A stretch of 43,183 bases of DNA from an uncultured Mordavella sp. (lineage in GTDB: Bacteria > Bacillota > Clostridia > Lachnospirales > Lachnospiraceae): positions 1-43,183 of the forward strand of contig CAZGVY010000002.1 of NCBI GenBank assembly GCA_964529215.1. The letters run 5' to 3'. Within the stretch, counting starts at the first letter, position 1. Each line of letters begins with the position of its first letter. Below the pieces are notes generated by a model that saw only the letters and a program-made list of their open reading frames with translations, made no database searches and was not told the origin of the DNA. Shown one piece after another: positions 18,801 to 28,463 of this stretch. Both the position numbers and the translations under genes were made by a program.

Positions 18801-19715
18801 CTATAATTCTGTAATACCAAACACCATCTTTACTGGCTTCGCCTCAAAGTTCACAAGCTGGTACTTCACGCCTGCCGGGATAAAGAAGGTATTGCCTTCC
18901 TCTACCACAAAGGATTCTTCCAGATCCACAAGATTCACTGTTACAGGGCCGTCTACACAGTAAAGCGCGCCGTCTCCTGCATGTACGTCCGAATCAGAAC
19001 ATCTGGGACCGTAACCGCCTGCCGGAAGAATAAATTCTCCAAAATGCCCGTAATCATTGCTGGTGATGAACCGCATCATCATCGGATGTGTGGTTCCGTG
19101 TATATTATTCAGCTTCTCGAAATCCCGCACCGCATACACAGCGCCAGTCTCTCTCGCTTCCTTTGCATCTACCGGCCAATGCCCGATGTCATCGGTACAG
19201 CCCTGACGGGAAATGTCCTTGATCAATCCCCTCATATCAGGAAGCTTATCATTATTAGGCCCTTTGTAGAATTTCGTCTCCTCCTCCGTCGGAATAACTG
19301 CCGGTGGAATGGATTCGCTCCATGCCTTCGGAGTAATAAAGTAAAGGATCCTCGCTTTCTTATCAGAGAAATTATGGCAGCAGTGCCATGCACCCTCTGG
19401 CATAAACAGGCCTTCTCCGGTCTGCAGATATGCAAACTGGCCATTTCCGCTCCTCTGTAACACCGGGCCATCCAGAATATAATAGGATTCATCTCCCGGA
19501 TGGATATCCAGCGGCGCGAACACGCCTCCCGGACCCAGTTCATAGATTCCCAGCATAAAGGTATCTGTTGTGATCAAAGTAAACGTATTGTCTGATGTAA
19601 ATGCATTATTCGGCGGATAGAGAGCTGTTGAATAGTCCTCTTTCCGGATAAGCACCGGTTTCTTTTCATCTGGTTCGAATGGGAAGTGTCCCATAATCTC
19701 CATTAATTTTGCCAT
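18801..19715 (-). CDS. Bicupin protein of unknown function
   Basis: two cupin repeats (IHPGDESYYILDG...PEGAWH; VHAGDGALYCVDG...PAGVKY); AGGAGG RBS. Confidence 0.8.
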   Translation of the reverse strand: MAKLMEIMGHFPFEPDEKKPVLIRKEDYSTALYPPNNAFTSDNTFTLITTDTFMLGIYELGPGGVFAPLDIHPGDESYYILDGPVLQRSGNGQFAYLQTGEGLFMPEGAWHCCHNFSDKKARILYFITPKAWSESIPPAVIPTEEETKFYKGPNNDKLPDMRGLIKDISRQGCTDDIGHWPVDAKEARETGAVYAVRDFEKLNNIHGTTHPMMMRFITSNDYGHFGEFILPAGGYGPRCSDSDVHAGDGALYCVDGPVTVNLVDLEESFVVEEGNTFFIPAGVKYQLVNFEAKPVKMVFGITEL

Positions 19716-19771
19716 TTATTCTACCTCCTGTTCCTATTTCTATCTATGCTTTCCATATTTTTATACAGATT

Positions 19772-20656
19772 TTACTTACCATTTCTAAATTCTGTAAGAA
19801 CCATCTTCGCATACTCTTTCATATGACCATACGCCGCTTCCTGAAGCTCGTGATATGCGATCGTTCCGTTTGATTCTTCAATCTTTTTCGCAGCAAACTG
19901 CGTAGTGCTCTTAGCCATATAGGAATAATAATTAATCTTAGAACAGCCTGCGGAAATCGCAGTTTTAACCTGTTCAAAATCCACGCCGGAAGAACCATGC
20001 ATCACGATCCTGCACTCAGGCCTTACTGCTTTACGGATTGCCTTTACCCTGTCAATATCCAGTACCGGAGGTTCTGCATAGATTCCATGCATCGTTCCAA
20101 AGCATACTGCCAGCGCGTCACAGCCGGTCCTCTCTGCAAATTCTGCCGCCTGGTCGGGATCTGTGAAGAATTTCCTGATATCTGCATTTGTCAGAACCCT
20201 TTTCTCTGCATCTTCTTCCCCATGAGTATCCTCCAGCGCCGACGCCATAATCCCAAGTTCTGCCTCTACCGTAATTCCTCTCTCATGTGCAAAATCCACA
20301 AATTCTTTTGTCCGCTTCACATTCTCTTCAAAAGGAAGATCGCTGTTGTCAAACATAATAGACGGAAATCCTGCTTCCAGAGCTCTCATCAGGAACGTAT
20401 AGCTCTTGCCGTGATCCAGATGTACACACACGGGAACTTTGGCCGCCGTTGCTGCCTTTACCATTTCCGGACCCATCCTCTCGATCGGGATCAGGGAATT
20501 ATGAACCTCCGCATGATCGATGATCACCGGCGTATTAAGCTCTTCCGCCGCCCCGATCACCGCCCGCAGCGTTTCGTGGTTCGGTGTATTGATACAGGGG
20601 ATTCCATACCCCTTACGCTCTGCCTCTGCAAGAATATCTGTCATATTTACTAACAT
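19772..20656 (-). CDS. Class II fructose/tagatose-bisphosphate aldolase family protein
   Basis: PVCVHLDHG, VEAELG, GTMHG.Y, IVMHGSSG, KIN. Confidence 0.9.
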   Translation of the reverse strand: MLVNMTDILAEAERKGYGIPCINTPNHETLRAVIGAAEELNTPVIIDHAEVHNSLIPIERMGPEMVKAATAAKVPVCVHLDHGKSYTFLMRALEAGFPSIMFDNSDLPFEENVKRTKEFVDFAHERGITVEAELGIMASALEDTHGEEDAEKRVLTNADIRKFFTDPDQAAEFAERTGCDALAVCFGTMHGIYAEPPVLDIDRVKAIRKAVRPECRIVMHGSSGVDFEQVKTAISAGCSKINYYSYMAKSTTQFAAKKIEESNGTIAYHELQEAAYGHMKEYAKMVLTEFRNGK

Positions 20657-20689
20657 CTGTAGTTCCTCCTTCTACCTTGACTTCTTAAT

Positions 20690-22555
20690 TCATCTGATTA
20701 TTTTCCCATTTTTACTGTACAGTTCCTTATATCTCAGTATGAACCCGGATGCATCGGGAACATGACCCGGCTTTACCGCCATCACAAATACAATATCGGC
20801 CTGTTCTTCTTTATCCCATAAGATTCTATGCTTTAACCGGACCAGCGCAATAAATTCCCTTTCAATCTCTTCGCTGAAGACATGCGGAACCGCGACCCGG
20901 TTTCCAATTGAAGTAGCTGTAAGCTTTTCCTGCTGCCAGAGTTTTTCTTCAAAATCTGCCTGCACATAACCCTTTGCCATCAAACCTTCACATATCTGGC
21001 CGATCGCATCAGATTTATCCCTGGCGTTTACCTCCCACATCAGTTCTTCATAGAACAGTTCTTTCCAGGCCTTATTAAGCCCGAAATGTTCTTCAAATTC
21101 TCCTGCAAGCCTGGCTATATCCTCCTCGTTCACATGCTTGGTAATCTTATAGATATTCGCATTCTTCTGCTTTAGATCAACCGAGGAGATAATAAGCTTA
21201 TCTGCATAGGCGTCAGGATCGAATCTCTGGTAATGAACAGTTCCTGTAAAGCAGATATCCTGGAATGAATTTTTCAGCTTCTCAAGCTGGTAGAACGCGG
21301 ATTCTGTGTCCGTCGCCGTTACAAATACCGCTTCTTTCCTGCATCTCTGAATATAATTCTTCACATAGATCGTTATACCGGCGATATCGTCCTGGCTGAA
21401 TCTCAGTCCGGTGACCTCCTCCAGAATATACATCTGTGTAAGGCAGACTCCGTACAGGGCGCTGATATTTTTCTTTGCCTCCCTGTTAGAATCATTCCAG
21501 TCTGTGATATTGTAATTTTCTTTGTATTGTATCACTGACAGCATCTCACATATTTTCTGTACCAGGCTGATATCCTCTGAAAAATCCATCTGTGCTATGA
21601 TATAACCCACCTGCTTCAAATACCGCTTTACACATGGCTGGAACCGTTTGCCGTTCCTGCTGATACGCGGCCGGACTGTCTCTGCAATATAGATTCTTGC
21701 AGCAAGATACTGGACTTCCTGTTCCGCAACTCTTTTCTCAGTTATCTGCTCCAGAAGTTCTCTGGCCGTCCGTATATAGAGCCCTTCCAGCGGAAGAAGC
21801 ATACGGTTATTCGCAGTCTCGATGATCCAGTTTTTCTGGATCCGTCTCTGGGAAACTACAATATATTCCAGCAGCCTGGAAAATGCGATATCCGTCCAGA
21901 TCACATCCAATTCCTTTTCCGCTAAGAGCAGCGCTTTCTGCATACCGATCAGGTCCAGATCTCCATACATCTGATTCATATAGGTCCACGCCCGCCTGCT
22001 GATACGGACATCCACCGTATCTGGTTTCTCATCATATTTTTTATACCACCAGAGAGAATTATAATGGGAAATCATCGCCTGTCTGACGTCAAATTCATTT
22101 CCCTTCATCAGAATCCCGCTGTTTCTTTTTATGATCAGGCTCACATTGTACCTGGATAGAAATTCTTCTACTTCTTTCAGATCCCTGGAAATAACTTTCT
22201 TGCTTACAAACAGATCCTCTGCAAACAGCTGTACCGTGTAGTTATCACTGTACTCAAAAAGAGTTTTCAGAATATACTCCTTCCGGTACTCTTTGGTCTC
22301 AGGCGTACTATATTCCAGCTCCTGCATGTGGTTATACATTTCATTTCTCTGCAGCACAGAAGCCTCCAGCTTCATTCCTTTTCTGGGAACATTTTCTATC
22401 ATGATCCCATATTCCTGAAATGCCTCCTTTACTCTGCCCATCCGATGGCGGACGCTGCTTAAGGATATCCCTATCCGCTCCGCCAGTTCTTCTGTCGTAA
22501 TATAATTGTACAGTTCCAATAGTTCTTTAATAATCCGGATTAACATCAGGTCCAT
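20690..22555 (-). CDS. PRD-containing transcription regulator (MtlR/LicR architecture)
   Basis: two N-terminal HTHs (LAERIGIS; FAEDLFVS), PRD-like helical region, EIIB-like fold, EIIA with VAVPH. Confidence 0.85.
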   Translation of the reverse strand: MDLMLIRIIKELLELYNYITTEELAERIGISLSSVRHRMGRVKEAFQEYGIMIENVPRKGMKLEASVLQRNEMYNHMQELEYSTPETKEYRKEYILKTLFEYSDNYTVQLFAEDLFVSKKVISRDLKEVEEFLSRYNVSLIIKRNSGILMKGNEFDVRQAMISHYNSLWWYKKYDEKPDTVDVRISRRAWTYMNQMYGDLDLIGMQKALLLAEKELDVIWTDIAFSRLLEYIVVSQRRIQKNWIIETANNRMLLPLEGLYIRTARELLEQITEKRVAEQEVQYLAARIYIAETVRPRISRNGKRFQPCVKRYLKQVGYIIAQMDFSEDISLVQKICEMLSVIQYKENYNITDWNDSNREAKKNISALYGVCLTQMYILEEVTGLRFSQDDIAGITIYVKNYIQRCRKEAVFVTATDTESAFYQLEKLKNSFQDICFTGTVHYQRFDPDAYADKLIISSVDLKQKNANIYKITKHVNEEDIARLAGEFEEHFGLNKAWKELFYEELMWEVNARDKSDAIGQICEGLMAKGYVQADFEEKLWQQEKLTATSIGNRVAVPHVFSEEIEREFIALVRLKHRILWDKEEQADIVFVMAVKPGHVPDASGFILRYKELYSKNGKIIR

Positions 22556-22898
22556 AAAGTGCCTCCTTTTCTGTTAAAAAACACTTGAACCTCTGTACTT
22601 CTAATTTTATAAATGAAGCGCAGGGATTGCAATATCTCATAAATTCTGTTTTGCACTATGAAATATATTGTTTGTGCAAATTGTAGTTTTTATCATCTTA
22701 TCACCTGCCGGGAAACAGATAAAGATGATTTTTGCACACTTCCTGTAAATGCGACTGCAAAATACGACTTTATGAACAATTTACAAAATACACCCTTTTT
22801 CCTACAATATACTTAGTTACCCTGTACAAAGAGATATACAGTTTTTTTGTTCACAAAGGGTATTATACCCAAACATATAACACACGGAGGAGGCACCT

Positions 22899-23699
22899 AT
22901 GAAAAAGCATCTGTATTTTGGGAGCAATTTCAAAATGTATAAAAATATTCAGGCTACCGAAGAATATTTACAGGCATTTACAGCTGCTACGAAGGACGTC
23001 AGCCGGGATCATGTCCAGTTCTTCTTTATTCCTTCTTATACATCATTGGAAAGTGCAAGTAAAACCAGCGTGCGGGATCAGTTCATGCTGGGCGCGCAGA
23101 ATATGTGCTGGGAATCGGAAGGACAGTATACCGGAGAGATCTCTCCCGAAATGCTTAAGGAGCTCGGTATTGACCTGGTAATGATCGGCCATTCGGAACG
23201 GCGTCACGGATTCGGCGAATCCAATGAAATAGAAAACAAAAAAGTCAGGAAGGCGCTGGAATATGGATTTACCGTACTGCTGGCTGTGGGCGAGACAGCC
23301 CAGGAAAAGGAATATGGAATCGGTATAGAAACCCTCCGTACCCAGTTAAAGACCGGACTGCATGGCATTACTCCAGAAGACGCTTCCGGCAGGATATGGA
23401 TCGCATATGAGCCTGTATGGTCTATCGGCACAGGCGGCACCCCTGCCCCTGTAGAATACGCACAGGCCATGCATCACGAAATCAGAAGCTGCCTTACAGA
23501 TATATTTGGTGAAACAGGCAGTGACATTCCTATTTTATATGGCGGCAGCGTGAACGCAGAAAATGGAACTGCCCTGATCACACAGCCAGATATCAACGGA
23601 CTGTTTACTACACGGACTGCATTCCAGGTTGACACCTTTGCCAGGCTGATACAGGATGCAGTAACGATCTGCAGGCAGCAGGAACAAAAAGGAGTATAA
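22899..23699 (+). CDS. Triose-phosphate isomerase-family paralogue (EryH/LerI-like tetrulose-phosphate isomerase candidate)
   Basis: NFKM, GHSERR, AYEPVWSIGTG, YGGSV; GLFTTR replaces canonical G.LVGGAS. Confidence 0.8.
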   Translation: MKKHLYFGSNFKMYKNIQATEEYLQAFTAATKDVSRDHVQFFFIPSYTSLESASKTSVRDQFMLGAQNMCWESEGQYTGEISPEMLKELGIDLVMIGHSERRHGFGESNEIENKKVRKALEYGFTVLLAVGETAQEKEYGIGIETLRTQLKTGLHGITPEDASGRIWIAYEPVWSIGTGGTPAPVEYAQAMHHEIRSCLTDIFGETGSDIPILYGGSVNAENGTALITQPDINGLFTTRTAFQVDTFARLIQDAVTICRQQEQKGV

Positions 23700-23703
23700 T
23701 CGT

Positions 23704-25479
23704 ATGGCTGTTAAAAAAATTCTAAACCCAAATGTTGAAAACGTGGTAGCAGAAAGCCTGTCCGGCTATCTTGCCGCCTATCAGAAATATTATAAGAAGA
23801 TTGGGAACTATAATGCTTTTCAATATAGAAAACCAAAGAAAAATAAAGTTGCTCTTGTGATCGGCGGCGGAAGCGGTCACGAGCCCTTGTTTATCGGATT
23901 TTGCGGCGCCGGACTTGCAGACGCTGTAGCCTGCGGCAACATCTGCGCTTCTCCAAATCCCGAGCTGATCTACGAAACAGCAAAAGCTGCAGACCAGGGG
24001 CAGGGCGTACTGTTTGTCTATGGCTGCTATGCCGGCGACAATCTGAATTTCGACATGGCGGAGGAACTCTGCCGTGCAGACGGGATCCGTACGGCACACG
24101 TCCGCGTGTGGGATGATTTTCTTTCCGCCCCGGAGGAACGTATCTACGACCGGCGGGGAATTGCCGGAGATATTTTTGTTATCAAATGCGCCGGAGCCGC
24201 ATGTGACGCGGGACTGGATTTCGACGAGGTGGTAAGGATCACGGAGAAGGCCAGAGATAACATCCGCACCATAGGAGTCGCTACAGCTCCCGGCACACTG
24301 CCTGGAAATGACCAGCCCACGTTTACGCTTGCAGAGGATGAAATGGAATTTGGCATGGGGCTCCACGGCGAACCGGGTATTGAACGTACCCACATGATGA
24401 CCGCAGATAAGATGGTTGACCGTATGTATGCGGAAATCAAAAAAGAAATGGGTCTGTCTGCCGGAGACCGGCTCGCCGTCCTTGTAAACGGACTGGGTTC
24501 CACTCCTATGTTAGAATTAAACCTGGTGTATTACAACTTATATAAACACTTAAAACAGGATAAGCTTATCATCCATGATTCCGAAATTAAAACCTACTGC
24601 ACCTGTATGGAGATGGGCGGATTCTCTATCACGCTTCTCCGGCTGGACGAGGAACTGATACGCTACTATGATATGCCCTGCTATTCACCCTACTATGCAA
24701 AAGGCGAGTTATCCGGTTCTGCAGCAGCGCAAGAACCAGAAGAGGAAGATGAAGCTTCTGATCTCCTGGAGTTTGATGAAAGAGCCTGGGCTCCGTCGCA
24801 GATCCTCCGCAGTGTTCCAGGCATACTGACAGAGTTAAATGCCAGTGACGCAAAAAACATGCTCCTGTACATAGCAGACAAGATCATCAGTAAAAAACCT
24901 TATCTTACCGAAATAGACAGCGCCATCGGCGACGGCGATCATGGGATCGGCATGGCCGGCGGTATGCAGAAGGCAAAAGAAAAACTTCTGAATATGGAAG
25001 CTTCTGATAATGTTTATTCCATTTTTGAGACGGCGGGCCAGGCTATGCTTATGAGCATGGGCGGCGCGTCCGGAGTTATCTTCGGAAGCCTCTATCTGGC
25101 TGGCGCAAAAGACGCTGACCCTAAAGGAGTCCTGAATGCTTCGGATCTCGCCCTGATGGAGCAGAAAAGCCTGGCAGCGATCCAGGCCCGCGGCGGGGCA
25201 GAGGTGGGCGACAAAACCATGGTAGACGCACTTTCCCCGGCAGTAGACGCAATGCTTGCCAATCAGGATCAGGGCCTGCTCCATATGCTTCAGGCAGCTG
25301 AAGCAGCCGCTCAGAAAGGCATGGAAGATACTGAAAAATACGTTGCCAAGTTTGGCCGGGCCAAATCATTACTGGAACGGTCCATCGGACACCGGGACGC
25401 CGGTGCTGTATCCGTATATTTTATCTTCCAGGGAATGCGGGAATTTGTAGAGAACAAGTTACAGGAATTTGAGGATTGA
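23704..25479 (+). CDS. Fused DhaK-DhaL kinase (dihydroxyacetone/erythrulose kinase family)
   Basis: GGGSGHEP, GMGLHGEPG, IGDGDHG, GDKTMVDAL, A.FGRA; acidic linker. Confidence 0.9.
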   Translation: MAVKKILNPNVENVVAESLSGYLAAYQKYYKKIGNYNAFQYRKPKKNKVALVIGGGSGHEPLFIGFCGAGLADAVACGNICASPNPELIYETAKAADQGQGVLFVYGCYAGDNLNFDMAEELCRADGIRTAHVRVWDDFLSAPEERIYDRRGIAGDIFVIKCAGAACDAGLDFDEVVRITEKARDNIRTIGVATAPGTLPGNDQPTFTLAEDEMEFGMGLHGEPGIERTHMMTADKMVDRMYAEIKKEMGLSAGDRLAVLVNGLGSTPMLELNLVYYNLYKHLKQDKLIIHDSEIKTYCTCMEMGGFSITLLRLDEELIRYYDMPCYSPYYAKGELSGSAAAQEPEEEDEASDLLEFDERAWAPSQILRSVPGILTELNASDAKNMLLYIADKIISKKPYLTEIDSAIGDGDHGIGMAGGMQKAKEKLLNMEASDNVYSIFETAGQAMLMSMGGASGVIFGSLYLAGAKDADPKGVLNASDLALMEQKSLAAIQARGGAEVGDKTMVDALSPAVDAMLANQDQGLLHMLQAAEAAAQKGMEDTEKYVAKFGRAKSLLERSIGHRDAGAVSVYFIFQGMREFVENKLQEFED

Positions 25480-25529
25480 TCAGTCTCTATTCCAGATATC
25501 TGCTTACTGTCTTCCGACATTTATCTTAT

Positions 25530-25592
25530 ATATCATAACGGACTACTAATGTCCGTTAAGCATATCATAACGGACTACTAATGTCCGTTAAG
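25530..25592. repeat. Tandem pair of 31-bp direct repeats, each containing palindrome TAACGGAC-TACTAAT-GTCCGTTA
   Basis: ATATCATAACGGACTACTAATGTCCGTTAAG at 25530-25560 and 25562-25592. Confidence 0.9.
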
Positions 25593-25662
25593 AACAGTTA
25601 AAAGAGCGCTTTTTTATAAACGAATAAGGATGAATTTTATGAGATTTAGAGGAGGTACTAAA

Positions 25663-27083
25663 ATGGCTGAACAAACTAATTTCAAAGCCAAAGTCCAAAA
25701 AATGGGCGGTTTTCTTAGCGGTATGGTAATGCCAAATATCGCAGCATTTATTGCCTGGGGTATTCTGACCGCATTGTTTATCCCTACCGGATATTTTCCA
25801 AATGAGCAGCTTAACGAGCTGGTTGCACCTACATTAACCTATATTCTTCCGATGCTGATCGCTTATACCGGCGGTTATAATATCTATGGAAGACGTGGCG
25901 GCGTTGCCGGTGTTATCGCTACAGTCGGCGTAGTTGTCGGTTCCGACGTTACGATGCTGGTCGGCGGTATGATCATGGGTCCTTTCGGCGCATGGCTCAT
26001 CAAAAAAATCGACAAATTATTTGAAGGCCACGTAAAACCAGGCCTGGAAATGCTTGTAGATAACTTTTCACTTGGTATTGCGGGAGCAATCGTTATGGTT
26101 GCCGGATATATCGTTGTAACTCCGGTTTTCAACTTTATCCAGGGCATCCTGACCAACTGCGTTAATTTTATCGTTGATCATGGCCTGCTTCCACTTTCCC
26201 CTGCGTTCATCGTTCCCGGGCAGGTTCTGTTCCTGAACAACGCGATCAACCATGGAATCCTGACGCCACTTGCTACCCAGCAGGCGCTGGAAACCGGAAA
26301 ATCTATTCTTTACCTGGTAGAAGCAAACTGTGGAAACTGGGCTGGCCTGATCCTTGCATTTGCTGTATTCGGAAAAGGCATGGCCAAGAAATCTGCACCT
26401 GGCGCATCCATTATTATGATCATCGGCGGTATCGGAGAAGTTGTATTCCCATATGCCCTGATGAAACCGATCACATTACTTGGACCTATCCTCGGCAATA
26501 TGGCAGCCCTTGCTTTCCTTACCGTATTTAAGGCGGTGCAGTTGCGGCAGTTTCTCCTGGAAGCCTGATCGCGCTGATCGCAATGTCTCCAAAAGGAGGA
26601 CTGTTCGTCAATGTCGCTTCTTATGTGATTGCCGCGGCAATTTCCTTTGTCGTTGTATCCTTCTTCCTGATCCGTGACAAATCAGAGGATACCGACGAGT
26701 CTGCCGCCGCATTATCCGCTAATATCAGTGGTGTTACGGAAGCAGTCACATCTGCAGGCACAGCCGCTGCATCTGCTGTATCTACTGCAAAACGCAAGAT
26801 CGAAAAAGTTGTTTTTGCCTGTGACGCAGGTATGGGCTCCAGTGCAATGGGCGCTTCCATATTAAAAGTACAGCTCAACAAGATTGGCGTATTTGCTGAA
26901 GTGGCGCATGTCTCTGTACACCAGATTCCAGAGGACGCGGGAGTCGTGGTTACAAATTCTAATCTGGTAGAAGCCGCTAAGCAAAGCTCAGGCGCAGACG
27001 TTCCGATTCTTCCTCTCAACAACTTTATGGATGAAAAAGAAATCAAACGTATTGCGCAGGAAATCAAAGATATGGCAGAATAA
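25663..27083 (+). pseudogene. Mannitol-family PTS EIICB split by an apparent 1-bp deletion at ~26530
   Basis: SGMVMPNI.AFIAWG and FLNNAINHG in the first ORF; alternative frame continues GGAVAAVSPGSLIALIAMSPKGG into EIIB FACDAGMGSSAMGAS; GGAGG RBS before ATG 25663. Confidence 0.85.
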
Positions 27084-27161
27084 TATAGCGGAACACGAAA
27101 GAATGCCTATTGGCAGATACCATGTTTTCCGCTAAAATAGTAAAAAAGGAGCAGAATTACA

Positions 27162-28427
27162 ATGGAGGTTAAAGGAGTCCGGTTATATGGCGCAGGTGAT
27201 CTGCGCACAGAAGAATTTGAATTACCAGAACTGAAAGACGACGAAATATTGCTGAAGATCATCAGCGACAGCTTATGCATGTCCACATGGAAGGAAAGCA
27301 AACTGGGCGCAGAACACATCCGGGTTCCGGATGATGTAGACAAGAATCCGATCATCACCGGGCACGAATTTTCCGGTATCATTGCAAAGGTCGGCAGCAA
27401 ATGGAAAAACGAATATCAGGAAGGCGAACGTTTCGCTGTCCTGCCGGGCATCCCTGGATATATGGGCGCTCCTGGGTACTCCTTTCCCTATTTTGGCGGA
27501 GATATCACCTACTGCATCATTCCAAATGACATTATTGAAAAAGGATGCCTGCTCCATTATCCTGGCAGGACATTTTACGAAGTATCTATGGCGGAGCCGA
27601 TTTATTGTATCATTGGCGGATTTAACTCTAATTACCATACAACCGATCAAAGCTATGATAAACCAATTGGCGTAAAACCAGGCGGCAATCTGATCATCCT
27701 TGGCGGATGCGGCCCCATGGGGCTGGGCGCCGTCAGCTATGCACTGGCGCTGGAACCAGACCACCGTCCTGGACGGATCGTTGTAACGGAAGTAAATAAT
27801 GACCGTCTTGCCCGCGCCGCCGAAGTCATTCCCACATCCTTTGCACAGGAGAGAAATGTAGAGCTTTTATATGTCAATACTGCCGAGTGTGAGAATGAAT
27901 CAGAAACTCTGATGGCGCTTACAAACGGTCACGGCTATGACGATGTATTTATCTTCGCGCCGATACAGAGCCTGGCAGAAACTGGCAACCGGATCCTCGC
28001 TATGGACGGCTGCATGAATCTGTTCGCGGGACCCGCCGATAAAGCATTCAGCGCCAGCATCAACCTGTACGACTGCCATTACCGGCGGACCAAGATCATT
28101 GGTTCCTCCGGCGGTTCCAAACAGGATCTGCTGGACGCACTGGATCTGATCTCCAGCCAGAGGCTGGATCCGTCTCTGATGATCACCCATATCGGCGGTA
28201 TAAATGCGATCGCAGATGCAACCTTGCATCTGCCAAGTATACCAGGCGGCAAGAAGCTGATGTATCCGCCAATCGATATGCCGTTAACCGCAATTGATGA
28301 TTTCAGGGAACTTGGAAAAACGAACGGACTATTTCAAAAACTTGCTGATTCCTGTGAGAGCCACAATGGCCTCTGGAATCCAGAAGCCGAGGAAATCCTT
28401 TTGCACCACTACGGCGTTGAATATTAA
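27162..28427 (+). CDS. Zn-dependent polyol-phosphate dehydrogenase (L-sorbose-1-phosphate reductase SorE-like)
   Basis: RLYG..DLR, DSLCMSTWK, GHEF, GGCGPMG, THIGG, IPGGKK. Confidence 0.85.
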   Translation: MEVKGVRLYGAGDLRTEEFELPELKDDEILLKIISDSLCMSTWKESKLGAEHIRVPDDVDKNPIITGHEFSGIIAKVGSKWKNEYQEGERFAVLPGIPGYMGAPGYSFPYFGGDITYCIIPNDIIEKGCLLHYPGRTFYEVSMAEPIYCIIGGFNSNYHTTDQSYDKPIGVKPGGNLIILGGCGPMGLGAVSYALALEPDHRPGRIVVTEVNNDRLARAAEVIPTSFAQERNVELLYVNTAECENESETLMALTNGHGYDDVFIFAPIQSLAETGNRILAMDGCMNLFAGPADKAFSASINLYDCHYRRTKIIGSSGGSKQDLLDALDLISSQRLDPSLMITHIGGINAIADATLHLPSIPGGKKLMYPPIDMPLTAIDDFRELGKTNGLFQKLADSCESHNGLWNPEAEEILLHHYGVEY

Positions 28428-28463
28428 GTCACACACAGGCAAAGAAAGAGAGGGATCCTGTCT

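Noticed and set aside
25530-25592. CRISPR array (31-bp palindromic repeats)
   Set aside because: Only two repeats, separated by 1 nt, with no spacer and no cas genes
26521-26540. Programmed -1 frameshift in EIICB
   Set aside because: TTTAAGG is not an X XXY YYZ heptamer, and I know no precedent in this family
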